From positions 377,411 through 441,410 of the forward strand of contig CAWESZ010000013.1 in the NCBI GenBank assembly GCA_963811865.1: 64,000 bases of DNA, in the 5' to 3' direction. The position numbers and the translations under genes are program-made. Positions 53,630-63,056 of the stretch are shown here, piece by piece. The notes beneath the pieces are model-generated. The model was not told the origin of the DNA and searched no databases. It saw only the letters and a program-made list of their open reading frames with translations. Within the stretch, counting starts at the first letter, position 1. Every line of letters begins with the position of its first letter. The stretch comes from an uncultured delta proteobacterium. GTDB taxonomy: Bacteria; Desulfobacterota; Binatia; Binatales; Binataceae.

Positions 53630-54151
53630 TTGGACCTACAGTCGATTGTTTCGGAGTTGAAGAGCGAGCGCGACCGGATTGCCCGCGCCATAGCAGCGCT
53701 TGAGCAGGAATCAATAGGCGGCAGCGGAAAGTCTGCAGATCGTTTGTCAGGCGGTACCACAGCGCCGGGGCGGGGGAGAGGCCTCACGCCGGCCGGCAGG
53801 AGGCGCCTATCGGAATCAATGAAGCGGCGCTGGGCGGCGCGACGCCGCACGGGCGTCGTATCGGCAAAGACGACCGCCAGCGTGGCGCCACAGAAGAAAA
53901 GCGGCGGGTTAACCCCTGCCGGCCGGAGGAGGCTTTCAGAAATGATGAAGAAGCGCTGGGCCGAGAAGAAAAAGCAGACCCATAGGCGCCCCCTGCGCCT
54001 CTCGTTACCGAAGATTAGACTAGTTTTCGATAGCGACAACGGACAGGTTACACCGGGTGTTCACGCCGCTGAGATGGCTGACCATAGACTATGCGCCGCA
54101 TCCCGAGGAGCGCTCGTTTTTGGAGCGCGCCCAAACCCGCCGAGAGGGTAA
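53630..54151 (+). CDS. basic protein with an internal duplication GLTPAGRRRLSE(S/M)MK(R/K)RWA; 3' end uncertain
   Basis: TTG start after AGGAG. The two repeat units lie 34 aa apart. The ORF tail overlaps the next gene by ~95 nt, and an alternative stop (TAG 53983-53985) is reached by a 1-nt shift in an A-run. Confidence 0.55.
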   Translation: MDLQSIVSELKSERDRIARAIAALEQESIGGSGKSADRLSGGTTAPGRGRGLTPAGRRRLSESMKRRWAARRRTGVVSAKTTASVAPQKKSGGLTPAGRRRLSEMMKKRWAEKKKQTHRRPLRLSLPKIRLVFDSDNGQVTPGVHAAEMADHRLCAASRGALVFGARPNPPRG

Positions 54152-55382
54152 GGTTGAGACCACGGTTGCAGTGCCAAGCGACCGGGAGAGCGAGCGGATA
54201 TTTGGGGTTCGGCTGGCGCGCCACAGGTTGCAGGCGGTCTGGTTGGAGGTAGCGAATGGCGGTGGGGAGCCGTTATGGCTGGACCGGGTCCAACTTGACC
54301 CTGACTACTACACCCCGCTGGAGGCCGCCCACCTCGTGCACTTCCGTATGGGCACGCGGTTGGTGGCATTCGGGGTGCTCGGATGGCTGTTCCTTCCACT
54401 TCTCCCACTCGTGCCACTCAAGCTCCTGGCCGCGCGCGCCGCGAACCGGCATCTGAACAAACTCTTCCGCACGGTGGGTTTTCCCACGGGTATCATCCCG
54501 CCGGAGAAGAAGGTCAGCGGTTTCGTGTTCACCCCGTTGGACGAAGGGACGAAACGTATGGACGTGCGGTTGCTGGGCCGCAGCCAGGCCCTGGATTTCC
54601 CGTTCACGGTCGAGGTACCGGGGTTGGTGTTGCCACATACGGCAGAAGAAGCGGAACCAGCCGGCAAGGCCGAAGAACTTGACGAAGCGGCGTTCCAGGT
54701 TTGGCTGGAACGGCAGCCGCGCTGCACCGGGAACGCGCGGGGGACCGTTGAGGGTGACCCGCTCAATCTGGTCATTGTGGGCGACCGGGCCAGCATTCAG
54801 GAGTGCCTCGGCGCCTGGGACGAGACCGAGTCGGTCACACTTGGTACCGCTTGGAAGACCGCCAAGGCCTTCCTGCTGGAGTCGCAATACCGCTACTCTC
54901 CGGTGAGCCCGCTGTACATCAGTGGACACCAGCAAGATCTCGCGCTGCAACGCGCCCGCGCGAGCCTGAACCAGCGCCTGCACCTGCGCTTGTGGGCTAC
55001 GCGCGTCCGCTTTGACGGCCAGCCGGTGTGGATCGGCCAGGTCAGCCGCGATATCGGCGTGCGCTTTACGCTGAGAACCTGGAACTTGACAACTCATCAG
55101 ATTGATCCGGACGTTGATGAAGCGCGGGACTACGTGCTGGATGACCTGCTGGTCGCCGGCCGTGTCGCCCGGCTCGGCTTCGTCCCCGGGGTGGAGACCG
55201 CGCCCGCCGTTGCGCCACGCCGCAACCTGACGTGCGATCCGTACTTTACCGACGGCCTGCGGGTAGTCGCCGTACTATCGCGCGCGCGCACGGCCCCCTC
55301 GTTCCTGTCCTGGTCGTTTGGGCATGAGCGGGTTTTCGAGCCGGCGAGCCAGCGCGAAGGGCGGCGCACAACTGCTACGTGA
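54057..55382 (+). CDS. LssY-C-terminal-domain-like membrane protein
   Basis: 441-aa ORF. GDPLNLVIVGDRASI...YSPVSPLYISGHQQDLALQ...LHLRLWAT...PVWIGQVSRDIG resembles the LssY_C family. Confidence 0.65.
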   Translation: MFTPLRWLTIDYAPHPEERSFLERAQTRREGKVETTVAVPSDRESERIFGVRLARHRLQAVWLEVANGGGEPLWLDRVQLDPDYYTPLEAAHLVHFRMGTRLVAFGVLGWLFLPLLPLVPLKLLAARAANRHLNKLFRTVGFPTGIIPPEKKVSGFVFTPLDEGTKRMDVRLLGRSQALDFPFTVEVPGLVLPHTAEEAEPAGKAEELDEAAFQVWLERQPRCTGNARGTVEGDPLNLVIVGDRASIQECLGAWDETESVTLGTAWKTAKAFLLESQYRYSPVSPLYISGHQQDLALQRARASLNQRLHLRLWATRVRFDGQPVWIGQVSRDIGVRFTLRTWNLTTHQIDPDVDEARDYVLDDLLVAGRVARLGFVPGVETAPAVAPRRNLTCDPYFTDGLRVVAVLSRARTAPSFLSWSFGHERVFEPASQREGRRTTAT

Positions 55383-55510
55383 AGACCGGGAACACCTCTG
55401 CCGGTGCGGGACTCACGCTATATATAGAGATTCCGGGCAAGCCTCTTTCACTTCTGCCGGCGCGGGTCTATGTGATGTATCAGGAATAATCCAGTCGGAG
55501 GGAGGAACCG

Positions 55511-55957
55511 ATGGCAGCGAAGAAACCGGATCGCCAGCGCAGCCAGATCGAGCAGCTCCGCGCCACCGCCCGCAAGCTGCGAGACAAACTCGAGCAGGAG
55601 GCGCGCCAAAGCAAGCTGCACAAGGATCTGGCTCAGGCGGCGCAAAAGGCGCGGACCGAAATCGCGAAACAGGTCGCGGTGCTCAAAGCGCGCGGAGAAT
55701 CGCTCGCCAAGCAACTGCGCGCAGCGATCGCCGAAGGCGAGAAGAAAGAGAAGCAGGCGCGCACCGAGGCGCTTGCGAAAGTGGAGGAGCTTCGCAAGGA
55801 GCTCGGGCTCAAGACTGCGGAAGTGAAGCGCAAATCAGCAGAGCTAGCGAAGCTCGCGGTGGAATCAGCCGAGCGCGCCCGAGCGATCATAACCGAATCG
55901 GCGTCCACTGAGACCGTCGGCGAGGCACCCCAGACGCCAAAGCCGCCCGAATCCTGA
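55511..55957 (+). CDS. hypothetical coiled-coil, Lys/Glu/Ala-rich protein
   Basis: 148-aa ORF after GGAGGGAGG. Heptad-like charged sequence. No family recognised. Confidence 0.55.
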   Translation: MAAKKPDRQRSQIEQLRATARKLRDKLEQEARQSKLHKDLAQAAQKARTEIAKQVAVLKARGESLAKQLRAAIAEGEKKEKQARTEALAKVEELRKELGLKTAEVKRKSAELAKLAVESAERARAIITESASTETVGEAPQTPKPPES

Positions 55958-56092
55958 TCCTGCGCGAGTGCGACAGCGGCAGATCAAGGCAGCCTGCCCG
56001 GCGTTCGCGCCGAATAGCTGTACGCGGCGATTGCGCGAGACACTCATCGGGCCTGAGAAATCAGCAAAAGGTAGCCCCAGGATACGAGTCCC

Positions 56093-57097
56093 ATGCTCAA
56101 GATCGCTATCCTGGACGACTACGCTAAGATTGCGCTCCAATGTGCCGACTGGTCGGTGCTTGACGGCAAGGCGGAGATCACCGTCTTTAACCGGCACCTC
56201 GCTCGGGAGGAGGCGGCCATCGCACTGCAGCCCTACAACGTGCTTTGCACGGTTCGGGAACGGATGAGTATGCCGCGGAGCCTGTTCGAGCGACTATCGA
56301 ATCTCAAGCTGGTCACCATCATTGGGATGTCTCTGCCTAATCTGGACATGACGGCGGCGACGGAGCACGGGGTGATCGTCGCTCATTCTAATTTCGCCAA
56401 TCCCGTCTACGCCAACATCGCCGACGCTACACCGGAACTGGCCTGGGGACTGATGATCGCAACCGTACGCCACATCGGCCTTGAGAGCCGGCGGATGCAC
56501 CAGGGCGGCTGGCAGAATACGGTGGGAGTGAACCTCGCCGGTCGCACGCTCGGGCTCTTGGGGCTGGGGCGGATTGGCCGGCGGATGGCTGAATATGGAC
56601 GCGTTTTTGGCATGCCAGTGATCGCCTGGAGTCAAAACCTCACCGACGATGCGGCCGCCGCGGTCGGGGTCAGGCGGGTGGAGAAGGAAGATCTGTTCCG
56701 CCTCGCCGACGTGCTCTCGATCCACGTCCGTCTCAGCGATCGCACCCAGGGCCTGGTCGCGGCACGCGAACTCGCCTTGATGAAGCCAGGGGCCTATCTG
56801 ATCAATACCTCGCGCGGGCCGATTGTGGTCGAAGCCGATCTGGTGGCGGCCCTGCGAGCAGGCCGCATCGCCGGCGCGGGAATCGATGTCTATGATGACG
56901 AGCCACCGCCAGCGGACCATCCGCTGCGAACCATGGACAACGTCACCCTTACCCCGCACCTGGGCTACGTGACGCGTGAGACCCTGACGGCCTTTTATGT
57001 CGACACGCTGGAGGCAGTGGTCGCGTTTGCGGATGATGCGCCGATCCGGATCGCGAACCCCGCCGCGTTGGCCCATCCACGACAGCGAGGATCCTGA
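56093..57097 (+). CDS. D-isomer-specific 2-hydroxyacid dehydrogenase family protein
   Basis: GLLGLGRIGRRMA (NAD-binding site), INTSRGPIV, TPHLGY. Confidence 0.88.
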   Translation: MLKIAILDDYAKIALQCADWSVLDGKAEITVFNRHLAREEAAIALQPYNVLCTVRERMSMPRSLFERLSNLKLVTIIGMSLPNLDMTAATEHGVIVAHSNFANPVYANIADATPELAWGLMIATVRHIGLESRRMHQGGWQNTVGVNLAGRTLGLLGLGRIGRRMAEYGRVFGMPVIAWSQNLTDDAAAAVGVRRVEKEDLFRLADVLSIHVRLSDRTQGLVAARELALMKPGAYLINTSRGPIVVEADLVAALRAGRIAGAGIDVYDDEPPPADHPLRTMDNVTLTPHLGYVTRETLTAFYVDTLEAVVAFADDAPIRIANPAALAHPRQRGS

Positions 57098-57226
57098 TCG
57101 GGACCCGTCGTTACTGAAGGTTAAATTCGATTGTTTCGTCTCCGGCTGAACTCAGGTCCGGCGGCCTGCATCATCGCCTGACTCTTTCCCAGATTCCTGC
57201 TCACCAATGGTTTTGCCGCGGCCGGT

Positions 57227-57616
57227 ATGCCGTCGTCTAACGATCTCTGTACCGTAGGCTTTTTGATCGCGATCGGGGGCCGAGCAGTTTGAGTTCTGAC
57301 TGCGGCTTGGTTTACCGAACGAATCGATCTTCAATTGCTTGAAGGGCACAACAGCGTCATCCACCTCTGCTGGGACGACCGACAAGAGCCCTGTTCGTAC
57401 CCTTTGAGGAATTTGAGGAAGTCTTTTCAGCGCTCGTCCCTGCCAACGAGGGCCAGTACAAGGCGTGGGGTTTCGCGCAAATCGAGGGGACCGAGCTCTA
57501 TATACCAACTGCCCGGACTGACCAACGCGATCGGCGATCAGCTCGGTTCCTGGTGGGAGCGGGCCCGAGTCTTCGCCGCGCTCCCCGCTCCCACTCGAAA
57601 ACAAAAGCCGGGGTGA
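57227..57616 (+). pseudogene. unresolved plus-strand coding signal broken by an in-frame TGA and at least 2 frame changes
   Basis: Codon-position GC analysis of 57401-57460 supports the plus frame reading LFVPFEEFEEVFSALVPANEGQYKAWGFAQIEGTELYIPTA. The tail LTNAIGDQLGSWWERARVFAALPAPTRKQKPG* is in another frame. The 150-aa minus ORF in the track is probably spurious. Confidence 0.3.
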
Positions 57617-57623
57617 GTTAGAC

Positions 57624-57797
57624 CTAGGTCCGGTCCCCGGCCGCGCCCCTGGCTTTGTCCACCACTTTTTCGACCGCCTGCTTGACCTTGCCGGATGCTT
57701 GATCGAGCTTTCCGGAGTGTTTCAAATCCTTATCGCCGGTGAGAACTCCGACTGCTTCTTTCACGCGTCCTTTGGCTTCTTCACTCTTTCCACTCAT
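57624..57797 (-). CDS. csbD: CsbD-family stress protein (57 aa; below the ORF-track size cut-off)
   Basis: Own translation: MSGKSEEAKGRVKEAVGVLTGDKDLKHSGKLDQASGKVKQAVEKVVDKARGAAGDRT*, with GGAGAG upstream. Confidence 0.85.
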   Translation of the reverse strand: MSGKSEEAKGRVKEAVGVLTGDKDLKHSGKLDQASGKVKQAVEKVVDKARGAAGDRT

Positions 57798-57864
57798 CGC
57801 ACTCTCCTACTTTCGGGTATGACAGTTTACGCGCTCAATTACAAACGGGGAACGCGTCCGCTTC

Positions 57865-58188
57865 CTAGTAGCTGCTGGTGGTGTTACTTGAGGAATGCTC
57901 ACTCGAGTTGCTACCAGGCGAGGCGGCGTTCGAATTCGACACTGACGATGAATGTTCAGTGGTTGTGGGCGGTGTCACTGGAGCCGGAGCCACGACTACC
58001 GGGGCAGGCGCAACCATTACCGGGGCCGGGTAAACCGTGACGACCGCCGGTGCGGGCGCCGTAGTTGTGGTGTCGCTGGTGGTGTTCGAGGTGGTGCTGT
58101 CAGTAGTGGCAGCGAAGCCGACGGCTACGCTTCCGGCCAGCACCGCAAGACCAACAAACAAAGATGCAGTTGCCAATGAGTGTTTCAC
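57865..58188 (-). CDS. secreted Thr/Ser/Pro/Ala-rich low-complexity protein
   Basis: Signal peptide MKHSLATASLFVGLAVLAGSVAVGFA, followed by TTDSTTSNTTSDTTTT and PAPV repeats. Ends ...NTTSSY*. Confidence 0.6.
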   Translation of the reverse strand: MKHSLATASLFVGLAVLAGSVAVGFAATTDSTTSNTTSDTTTTAPAPAVVTVYPAPVMVAPAPVVVAPAPVTPPTTTEHSSSVSNSNAASPGSNSSEHSSSNTTSSY

Positions 58189-58628
58189 AATGATGTCTCC
58201 ATTAGATCTCGAGATAGGGGATTCGATTCAAGAGTAAGGCTGTATTCGGCCTGGGCGCAAGGACGGATGCGCTGCTAATCGCGGTTTGAGTACTCTGGAG
58301 AACTGGTATTCGCATATGTCGCTGGAATATTCACGGATTAAGTCACATCGACTACGACAGTCGGTTTTGGCGGCACTGAACCGCCTGGGAATGCCTGGTC
58401 AGCAGCAAACACGTTGGATGGCTCCGGACCCGCAAGCCGACGAGAGTGTCGCGCCTGGCGGGATGGTTGGCGAACGGCGTCGCCCGTGACGAATTGTCAG
58501 CGCGATATTGGCAGAGAATCCGGCTTGCAGCTCGATCAGGTGGAGCGAGGCGCAGGGCGCGCGATGAGGCGATGGCAGATCAATGTGATCGCGGCTGAGT
58601 CCCACCTTCGGTATGTCTGGGCCACCCG

Positions 58629-59114
58629 TCAGTCGGCAGATCGAATCCCCGGGCTTTTGAGGGGGTCGTGGCTGCTCTCTTCCTGTGCGTCGATGGAGCT
58701 GAGCGTGCCCTCGGAATACGGTTCGTCGTAGCGGGGCCGAGTCCTGGATTCACGCTCCCGCTCCTGCTGGCAGTCGCAACAGAGGCGGGTGAAAGGCATC
58801 GCATGGAGGCGCTCCTCGGTAACTTCGAGTTCGCACGTCTCGCACAAGCCGTATTTCAGCGATGCGATTCGCCGGAGTGCGTCGTCGATTTGCCCGATCT
58901 TGAGACGATTACGTTCGGCTAGCATGGTGCTGATTTCGCGCTCGTTATCTTCGGAGGCAAGGTCGCAACTGTCCATGCACTCTTCGCGACGGCCTTCACG
59001 CACCGTCCGGTTCGCCGACTCGGCTTCCTGAATCAGCCGCGTCTTGATCTCCGTGAGATGCACGTGCATCTTTGCAAGAAACTGGTCGCGGCTCGTAGCC
59101 TTTCTTTTGGTCAT
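58629..59114 (-). CDS. DksA/TraR-family C4 zinc-finger protein
   Basis: CETCELEVTEERLHAMPFTRLCCDC. ATG 59114 is preferred (AAGGA upstream); the alternative is GTG 59135. Confidence 0.8.
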   Translation of the reverse strand: MTKRKATSRDQFLAKMHVHLTEIKTRLIQEAESANRTVREGRREECMDSCDLASEDNEREISTMLAERNRLKIGQIDDALRRIASLKYGLCETCELEVTEERLHAMPFTRLCCDCQQERERESRTRPRYDEPYSEGTLSSIDAQEESSHDPLKSPGIRSAD

Positions 59115-59489
59115 GGGCTTGATTTCCTTATTCACTCATCTGAAATCGCTGAATGTGACTAACTACCCTGCGCAAGACATTTCGTGGCAGTCGGTTCTCT
59201 GCCGCTGAACTAGCGCTCGCCGGCGTTGTCAATCGTACAGTCGAGATGCCAGAGCGCGCCAGCAGGTCACTGTTCTCCGCGAGACGCAATCGTCCGTTCG
59301 CGGCATCCGACGTCGCAAAGGCACCGGCCGGGCGCCTTGGTCGAGGGTATCGCGACGGATCGGGCTATGAGGCGATGCTCAAGAATACCCTGACGCGCAG
59401 CCGAATGCCGCCTGACTGACTATGCAGGCGCTGCCTCCCTTCAACGGCTGGTCGGGCCTTGCCGCACAATGCCCGGACACCAAGCTCTT

Positions 59490-59903
59490 CTAGTTCTGAG
59501 AACCTGCGTCGGACACTGTCAGATCATTGGTAACGCCTCGTACGCCCGCCGTATTTCGAGCGATCGCTTCAGCCCGTGCTGCCATGTCCGAATTCTGTAC
59601 CTGGCCATCCAGCGTGACGACGCCGGCCGTGGTGCTGACATGGATATCGCCGGATTTAATATCCTTGCCATTTACGAAAGCGGCCTTCACCTCGGTGGTG
59701 ATTTTCGTATCATCCAACGCCGTAACCGTTCCGGTATAGGCGTTCTTCACGGCCCCGGTGGTGTCTTCGCCTGCCTGATGCATCGAAGTGCCGGCCGAAA
59801 CGGAAGGGCTGGTACTCGTGTCCTGGGCGTGAGCAGAAATCCCCAGCCCAATTCCCAACACCATCGCCGGAACCATCGCCAGTATCTTGCTTGTGTGATT
59901 CAT
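59490..59903 (-). CDS. BON-domain periplasmic protein
   Basis: Signal peptide, then DDTKITTEVKAAF...IHVSTTAGVVTLDGQVQNSDMAARAEAIARNTAGVRGVTNDL. Confidence 0.85.
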   Translation of the reverse strand: MNHTSKILAMVPAMVLGIGLGISAHAQDTSTSPSVSAGTSMHQAGEDTTGAVKNAYTGTVTALDDTKITTEVKAAFVNGKDIKSGDIHVSTTAGVVTLDGQVQNSDMAARAEAIARNTAGVRGVTNDLTVSDAGSQN

Positions 59904-59945
59904 AACCTTACCTCTTCACTAAACTTCGCGTGCTAAAGACCTGCG

Positions 59946-60176
59946 CTATCCGAGCAGTCGGTGTGAGACCAACGGATCCGCACCTGAGACGTGGTATCGA
60001 TTGCCGTTGATCGCCTCAAGGAGCTGATTGATATGTCGCCGCACGTTGCCGAATTCGTCGGCGTGAGCCGGAACTTGATCGGACAGCAGGAAGGCCAGCT
60101 CGGTGCGCGCGTGCATCAATTCCAGCCTCAGTTGATCTTCCGCTTTCATTTTATCCTCAGCTCCATTTGTTTCCAT
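59946..60176 (-). CDS. hypothetical small helical protein
   Basis: Internal ATG 60176 of ORF 59946..60392 (METNGAEDKMKAEDQLRLELMHARTELAFLL...). No family recognised. Confidence 0.4.
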   Translation of the reverse strand: METNGAEDKMKAEDQLRLELMHARTELAFLLSDQVPAHADEFGNVRRHINQLLEAINGNRYHVSGADPLVSHRLLG

Positions 60177-60235
60177 TTGGTTGTGACGCCCAAGCACCGC
60201 TCCAGCCGGTCCCAGGAGTCGAACCGCATGCCTGA

Positions 60236-61186
60236 CTATTGCCGGCGCTCTATGGCGCGCTCGTGCTCGAACGAATCCACCCAGGCGGGGCGATGGCGCG
60301 ACGACGACAGCACGTCGAGCACGCGCTTGGGCTCGCCCAAATCGCTCCATCTGACGTCGTCCACACGCTGCACCGCGAGGTTGCGCGGACATCGCGATAG
60401 GATTTGCTTCGAGAACTTGACCTTTTCAAGCTTCGCGTACAGGGTTTCAGCCGCCGCCTCCTCGTCGCCTGAAGCGAGCGATGCCGAGGCCAGCTTAAAG
60501 GCCGCGAACAGGCTGGGCGCGTAGTCGGCGATCATGCCACGCAGAACCGACGGGTGGGCGACCATCACAAAGCTGTTCCACAGACAGCCCTGACGCCACA
60601 GTGTCCGCGCCATTTCGAGCTCGGGTTTCTCCCAGAATCGTCGGACGCGATACACCGGCGGTTTGGAGGGCGAAACCGGAGCCCCCGGCTCGATCCAGTC
60701 GTAGGAGGTTTCGGCCGACACCGGCGCCATCCCGAGGATTACCGCGAACTCGGGAAATTTCGCAATCGAGTCCAATGCGAAGGCCACATGAGTCATGAAG
60801 CGCGCGTCGTGTCCGACAAAGTGACCGGCGGGAAAAATCGTCACGCTGGCGTCTGCGGCGATTTTCGCCAGGCGCTCTAATCCATAGAGAATCGCGGCCG
60901 CGGTGCCCCGGTTGGACGGCTGTCGGACAATTTGCGACCTCGACAGGCCGCCGAGCAACGGTTCGTAAAACTCGCCGTGCAAGCGACTTACCACGACCAC
61001 GATCCGCTCCAGCGGAATCACCTGATGCACGCGATGGATGGTCTCTTCGAGCAGGGTCTGCTCGCCGGTGACGCAACAGAATTGTTTCGGTATTGCCCGG
61101 TCGGCGAAGTATCGGCGCAACGAAAGAAGGTGCATCCCGTCGCCGCCCGCAAGAATTATCGCCGCAGTGTTAGGTCTCACGTGCAT
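60236..61186 (-). CDS. sugar-phosphate nucleotidyltransferase (mannose-1-phosphate guanylyltransferase-like)
   Basis: AIILAGGDGMHL (GGxGxRL-type loop), QPSNRGTAAAI, WSDLGEP. Confidence 0.8.
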   Translation of the reverse strand: MHVRPNTAAIILAGGDGMHLLSLRRYFADRAIPKQFCCVTGEQTLLEETIHRVHQVIPLERIVVVVSRLHGEFYEPLLGGLSRSQIVRQPSNRGTAAAILYGLERLAKIAADASVTIFPAGHFVGHDARFMTHVAFALDSIAKFPEFAVILGMAPVSAETSYDWIEPGAPVSPSKPPVYRVRRFWEKPELEMARTLWRQGCLWNSFVMVAHPSVLRGMIADYAPSLFAAFKLASASLASGDEEAAAETLYAKLEKVKFSKQILSRCPRNLAVQRVDDVRWSDLGEPKRVLDVLSSSRHRPAWVDSFEHERAIERRQ

Positions 61187-61609
61187 CGCTCCCGGTGGAA
61201 GGTCGCTCAGCCCGGCAAACTGGTCGGAAGGCCCGGCTGACCTCGGCCTCCAATTACTAAATTATTTGTACGTCCGGGATCCGCGCGCCACAACGAACCG
61301 CAGTGCTCCAGAGAACACGATTGTGGTTTTCCCAGAGACGCCTATCATCAGGTGCGGGCTCGTGTGGCTGGCGAAACGAAGGGAGCGCGGCCGGACCGTG
61401 CGGGCCTGTAAGTAGCACGGCCTGCTGCAATACCCGTTACGGTAGGGCCGCAGCCGGGAGTATCCGCGATCCGGTCACTCCCCGGATCTTCCATTTGCGA
61501 ACGTTCGGCACTTCGGGGCCACGACTTTGAGACCTTTCAGTCACGTGGATAACCACAATCGCGGTAAAACCGTATCCAGCGTCAGGCTCGCCATGTTAAG
61601 TTGAGCATT

Positions 61610-61816
61610 ATGAACAACAAGCTAAGAACTACAGCCGTATATATCGCCGCTACCCTCTTGATTGGCAGCCTAGGTGCTGGATGCGCAGCCTCCGATCCCG
61701 CGCCACAAACGTCGGAGCGGTCGCAGACCACGACTACGAGCCAGAGCACTGTGCCGGCTCCCCCGGTGACCACGACTAGCCAAAAGACCACAACGATGAA
61801 CAGCAGCAGCTATTAG
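61610..61816 (+). CDS. small Thr/Ser-rich lipoprotein
   Basis: MNNKLRTTAVYIAATLLIGSLGAGC lipobox. Low-complexity TTTSQS sequence. Ends ...NSSSY*, like 57865..58188. Confidence 0.6.
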   Translation: MNNKLRTTAVYIAATLLIGSLGAGCAASDPAPQTSERSQTTTTSQSTVPAPPVTTTSQKTTTMNSSSY

Positions 61817-61971
61817 CGGCGGCTTCGGGTAAGCACCCGGAGCGAAGCGCCGGCATTCAGTCATAGGCTTTGTTGCAGTCCCGAGTTCGGCGCCGAGTTC
61901 ACGCCATGTGACGGCCATCCGAGGCTCGAGACCCGTGCCAACGACGTAATGGCAGGAGAGGAGTCATCGTG

Positions 61972-62553
61972 ATGGCTTTCAAATTGCCCGAGTTACCGTA
62001 CGCGAAGAGCGCGCTCGCGCCCTACATTTCCCAGGAGACCCTTGAGTTCCATCACGGAAAGCATCATGCCGCGTACGTGAAAAAGCTCAATGAATTGATC
62101 GCCGGCAGCCATTTCGCGGAGCTGCCGCTCGAGGAGATCATCAGAACCGCCGGCGCCGGCGAGATCTTCGACAATGCGGCTCAGCACTGGAATCACAGCT
62201 TCTACTGGATGTGCCTCAGGCCCAGGGACGGCGGCAAACCGGTTGGCGCCCTGGCCGATGCGATCAAGCTTGCTTTCGGCGGGTTCGACGAGTTCCGCAA
62301 ACAGTTCGCCCAAGCCGCCCTCTCAACGTTCGGCAGCGGATGGGCCTGGCTGGTGCTGAAACGCGACGGCTCGCTCGCCATCGAACATACGCCCGATGCG
62401 GAGAATCCGTTAACGCGTGGCGAGAAACCCCTTCTGACCTGCGACGTGTGGGAACACGCTTACTACATTGACTACCGCAACGCACGCGCCAACTATGTCG
62501 ATGCGTTCTGGAATATAGTCAACTGGCAATTTGTCGCGGCGAATATGAAGTAA
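61972..62553 (+). CDS. sodB: Fe/Mn superoxide dismutase
   Basis: LPELPYA...LEFHHGKHH...FNNAAQHWNHSFYW-like...DVWEHAYYIDY. Confidence 0.93.
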   Translation: MAFKLPELPYAKSALAPYISQETLEFHHGKHHAAYVKKLNELIAGSHFAELPLEEIIRTAGAGEIFDNAAQHWNHSFYWMCLRPRDGGKPVGALADAIKLAFGGFDEFRKQFAQAALSTFGSGWAWLVLKRDGSLAIEHTPDAENPLTRGEKPLLTCDVWEHAYYIDYRNARANYVDAFWNIVNWQFVAANMK

Positions 62554-62564
62554 ACGAAGCTCGA

Positions 62565-62586
62565 GGGAGAGCCGCTCGGCTCTTCC
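62565..62586. terminator. GC-rich hairpin between the convergent sodB and DUF2383 genes
   Basis: GGGAGAGCC-GCTC-GGCTCTTCC, ~9-bp stem. No clear U-tract on either strand. Confidence 0.35.
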
Positions 62587-62612
62587 TCAAACCAACGTCG
62601 CGCCGATACTCG

Positions 62613-63056
62613 TCAGGATCGTAGGCCGCCATAAACATTCAGGACGTTATCGAGGCCGGCTATTGTGGTACGCACCTCTCCGAGCTGTCGCTGAATTATG
62701 CCTCGCAAATGAGGCGTCAGGTCTTCCCTCAGGGCATTCTCATACTCGGTTGCCGTAGCCTCAGCGCCCTCGCGACACCAATTCACTACCCCGGTGTCTC
62801 CCATGCTCATGACCACGCTGAAATCCATCGCGCGCCGATCGGCGACGCCAGCCCACGTTCCGGCTTCATCCCCGACTGCGCCGAGGCGGGTGCGCTCGGC
62901 CTGAAGTTCGTCGGCCGCGCGTTTCCGGATCTCGGACTGCCGTTCGAGAAATTCTCCGAAGTTTGCCTTCCCAACGTCTTTGGCGGCGCGGTGATAGCGC
63001 TTTTCGGAGTCGACGCACGTGGCGATCAAACGATCAAGCATCATGATAGTTTCCAT
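62613..63056 (-). CDS. PA2169/DUF2383-family four-helix-bundle (ferritin-like) protein
   Basis: LDRLIATCVDSEKRYHRAAKDV...ATEYENALRED pattern. Confidence 0.7.
   Translation of the reverse strand: METIMMLDRLIATCVDSEKRYHRAAKDVGKANFGEFLERQSEIRKRAADELQAERTRLGAVGDEAGTWAGVADRRAMDFSVVMSMGDTGVVNWCREGAEATATEYENALREDLTPHLRGIIQRQLGEVRTTIAGLDNVLNVYGGLRS

Noticed and set aside
57152-57604. 150-aa minus-strand ORF in the track.
   Set aside because: The hand-counted codon-position GC pattern supports a plus-strand frame here instead. The translation is Arg/Pro-rich with no recognisable motif.
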